DNA from: a virus
Taxonomy: Duplodnaviria; Caudoviricetes
Virus record (IMG/VR): IMGVR_UViG_3300025909_000005
Reading direction: 5' to 3' (one strand)
Length of the DNA stretch: 64,000 nucleotides
Each line of letters starts with the position of its first letter. Within the stretch, counting starts at the first letter, position 1. The position numbers and the translations under genes are program-made. The notes beneath the pieces are model-generated. The model was not told the origin of the DNA and ran no database searches. It was given only the letters and a program-made list of their open reading frames with translations. Below, piece by piece: positions 63,987 through 64,000 of this stretch.

Positions 63987-64000
63987 TCATGCGTACCTAC

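Overview
64-kb segment of a large tailed (jumbo, T4-like myovirus-type) bacteriophage genome; almost all genes are on the + strand. Protein genes include: two fragments of a split DnaE-type polymerase, a gp62-like clamp-loader subunit, GroES, a RelE/ParE-type toxin-antitoxin pair, DNA ligase, RNA ligase, a metallophosphoesterase, NUDIX and HNH proteins, a complete ABC-type transporter with an SBP-OmpA fusion plus a TAXI-type binding protein, an NAD salvage pair (NadM-Nudix and NAMPT) flanking vWA and PurA-like genes, and a cluster of general-stress-like genes. The strongest signals are in RNA and translation control. (1) Two amber-suppressor tRNA genes (anticodon CUA) lie just upstream of two genes (a Pth2-like peptidyl-tRNA hydrolase and an HD-domain protein) whose SD-led ATG is followed by an in-frame TAG at codon 4 or 3, suggesting a suppressor-gated translational switch. 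(2) A circularly permuted two-piece tmRNA (tag ANDSNYAIAA). (3) A divergent RNase P RNA. (4) An array of about 30 tRNA genes behind an rrn-like leader (tandem promoters, hairpin, boxA), with long-stem-enclosed spacer RNAs and several atypical tRNAs. All calls come from reading the sequence by eye; no database searches or folding programs were run.
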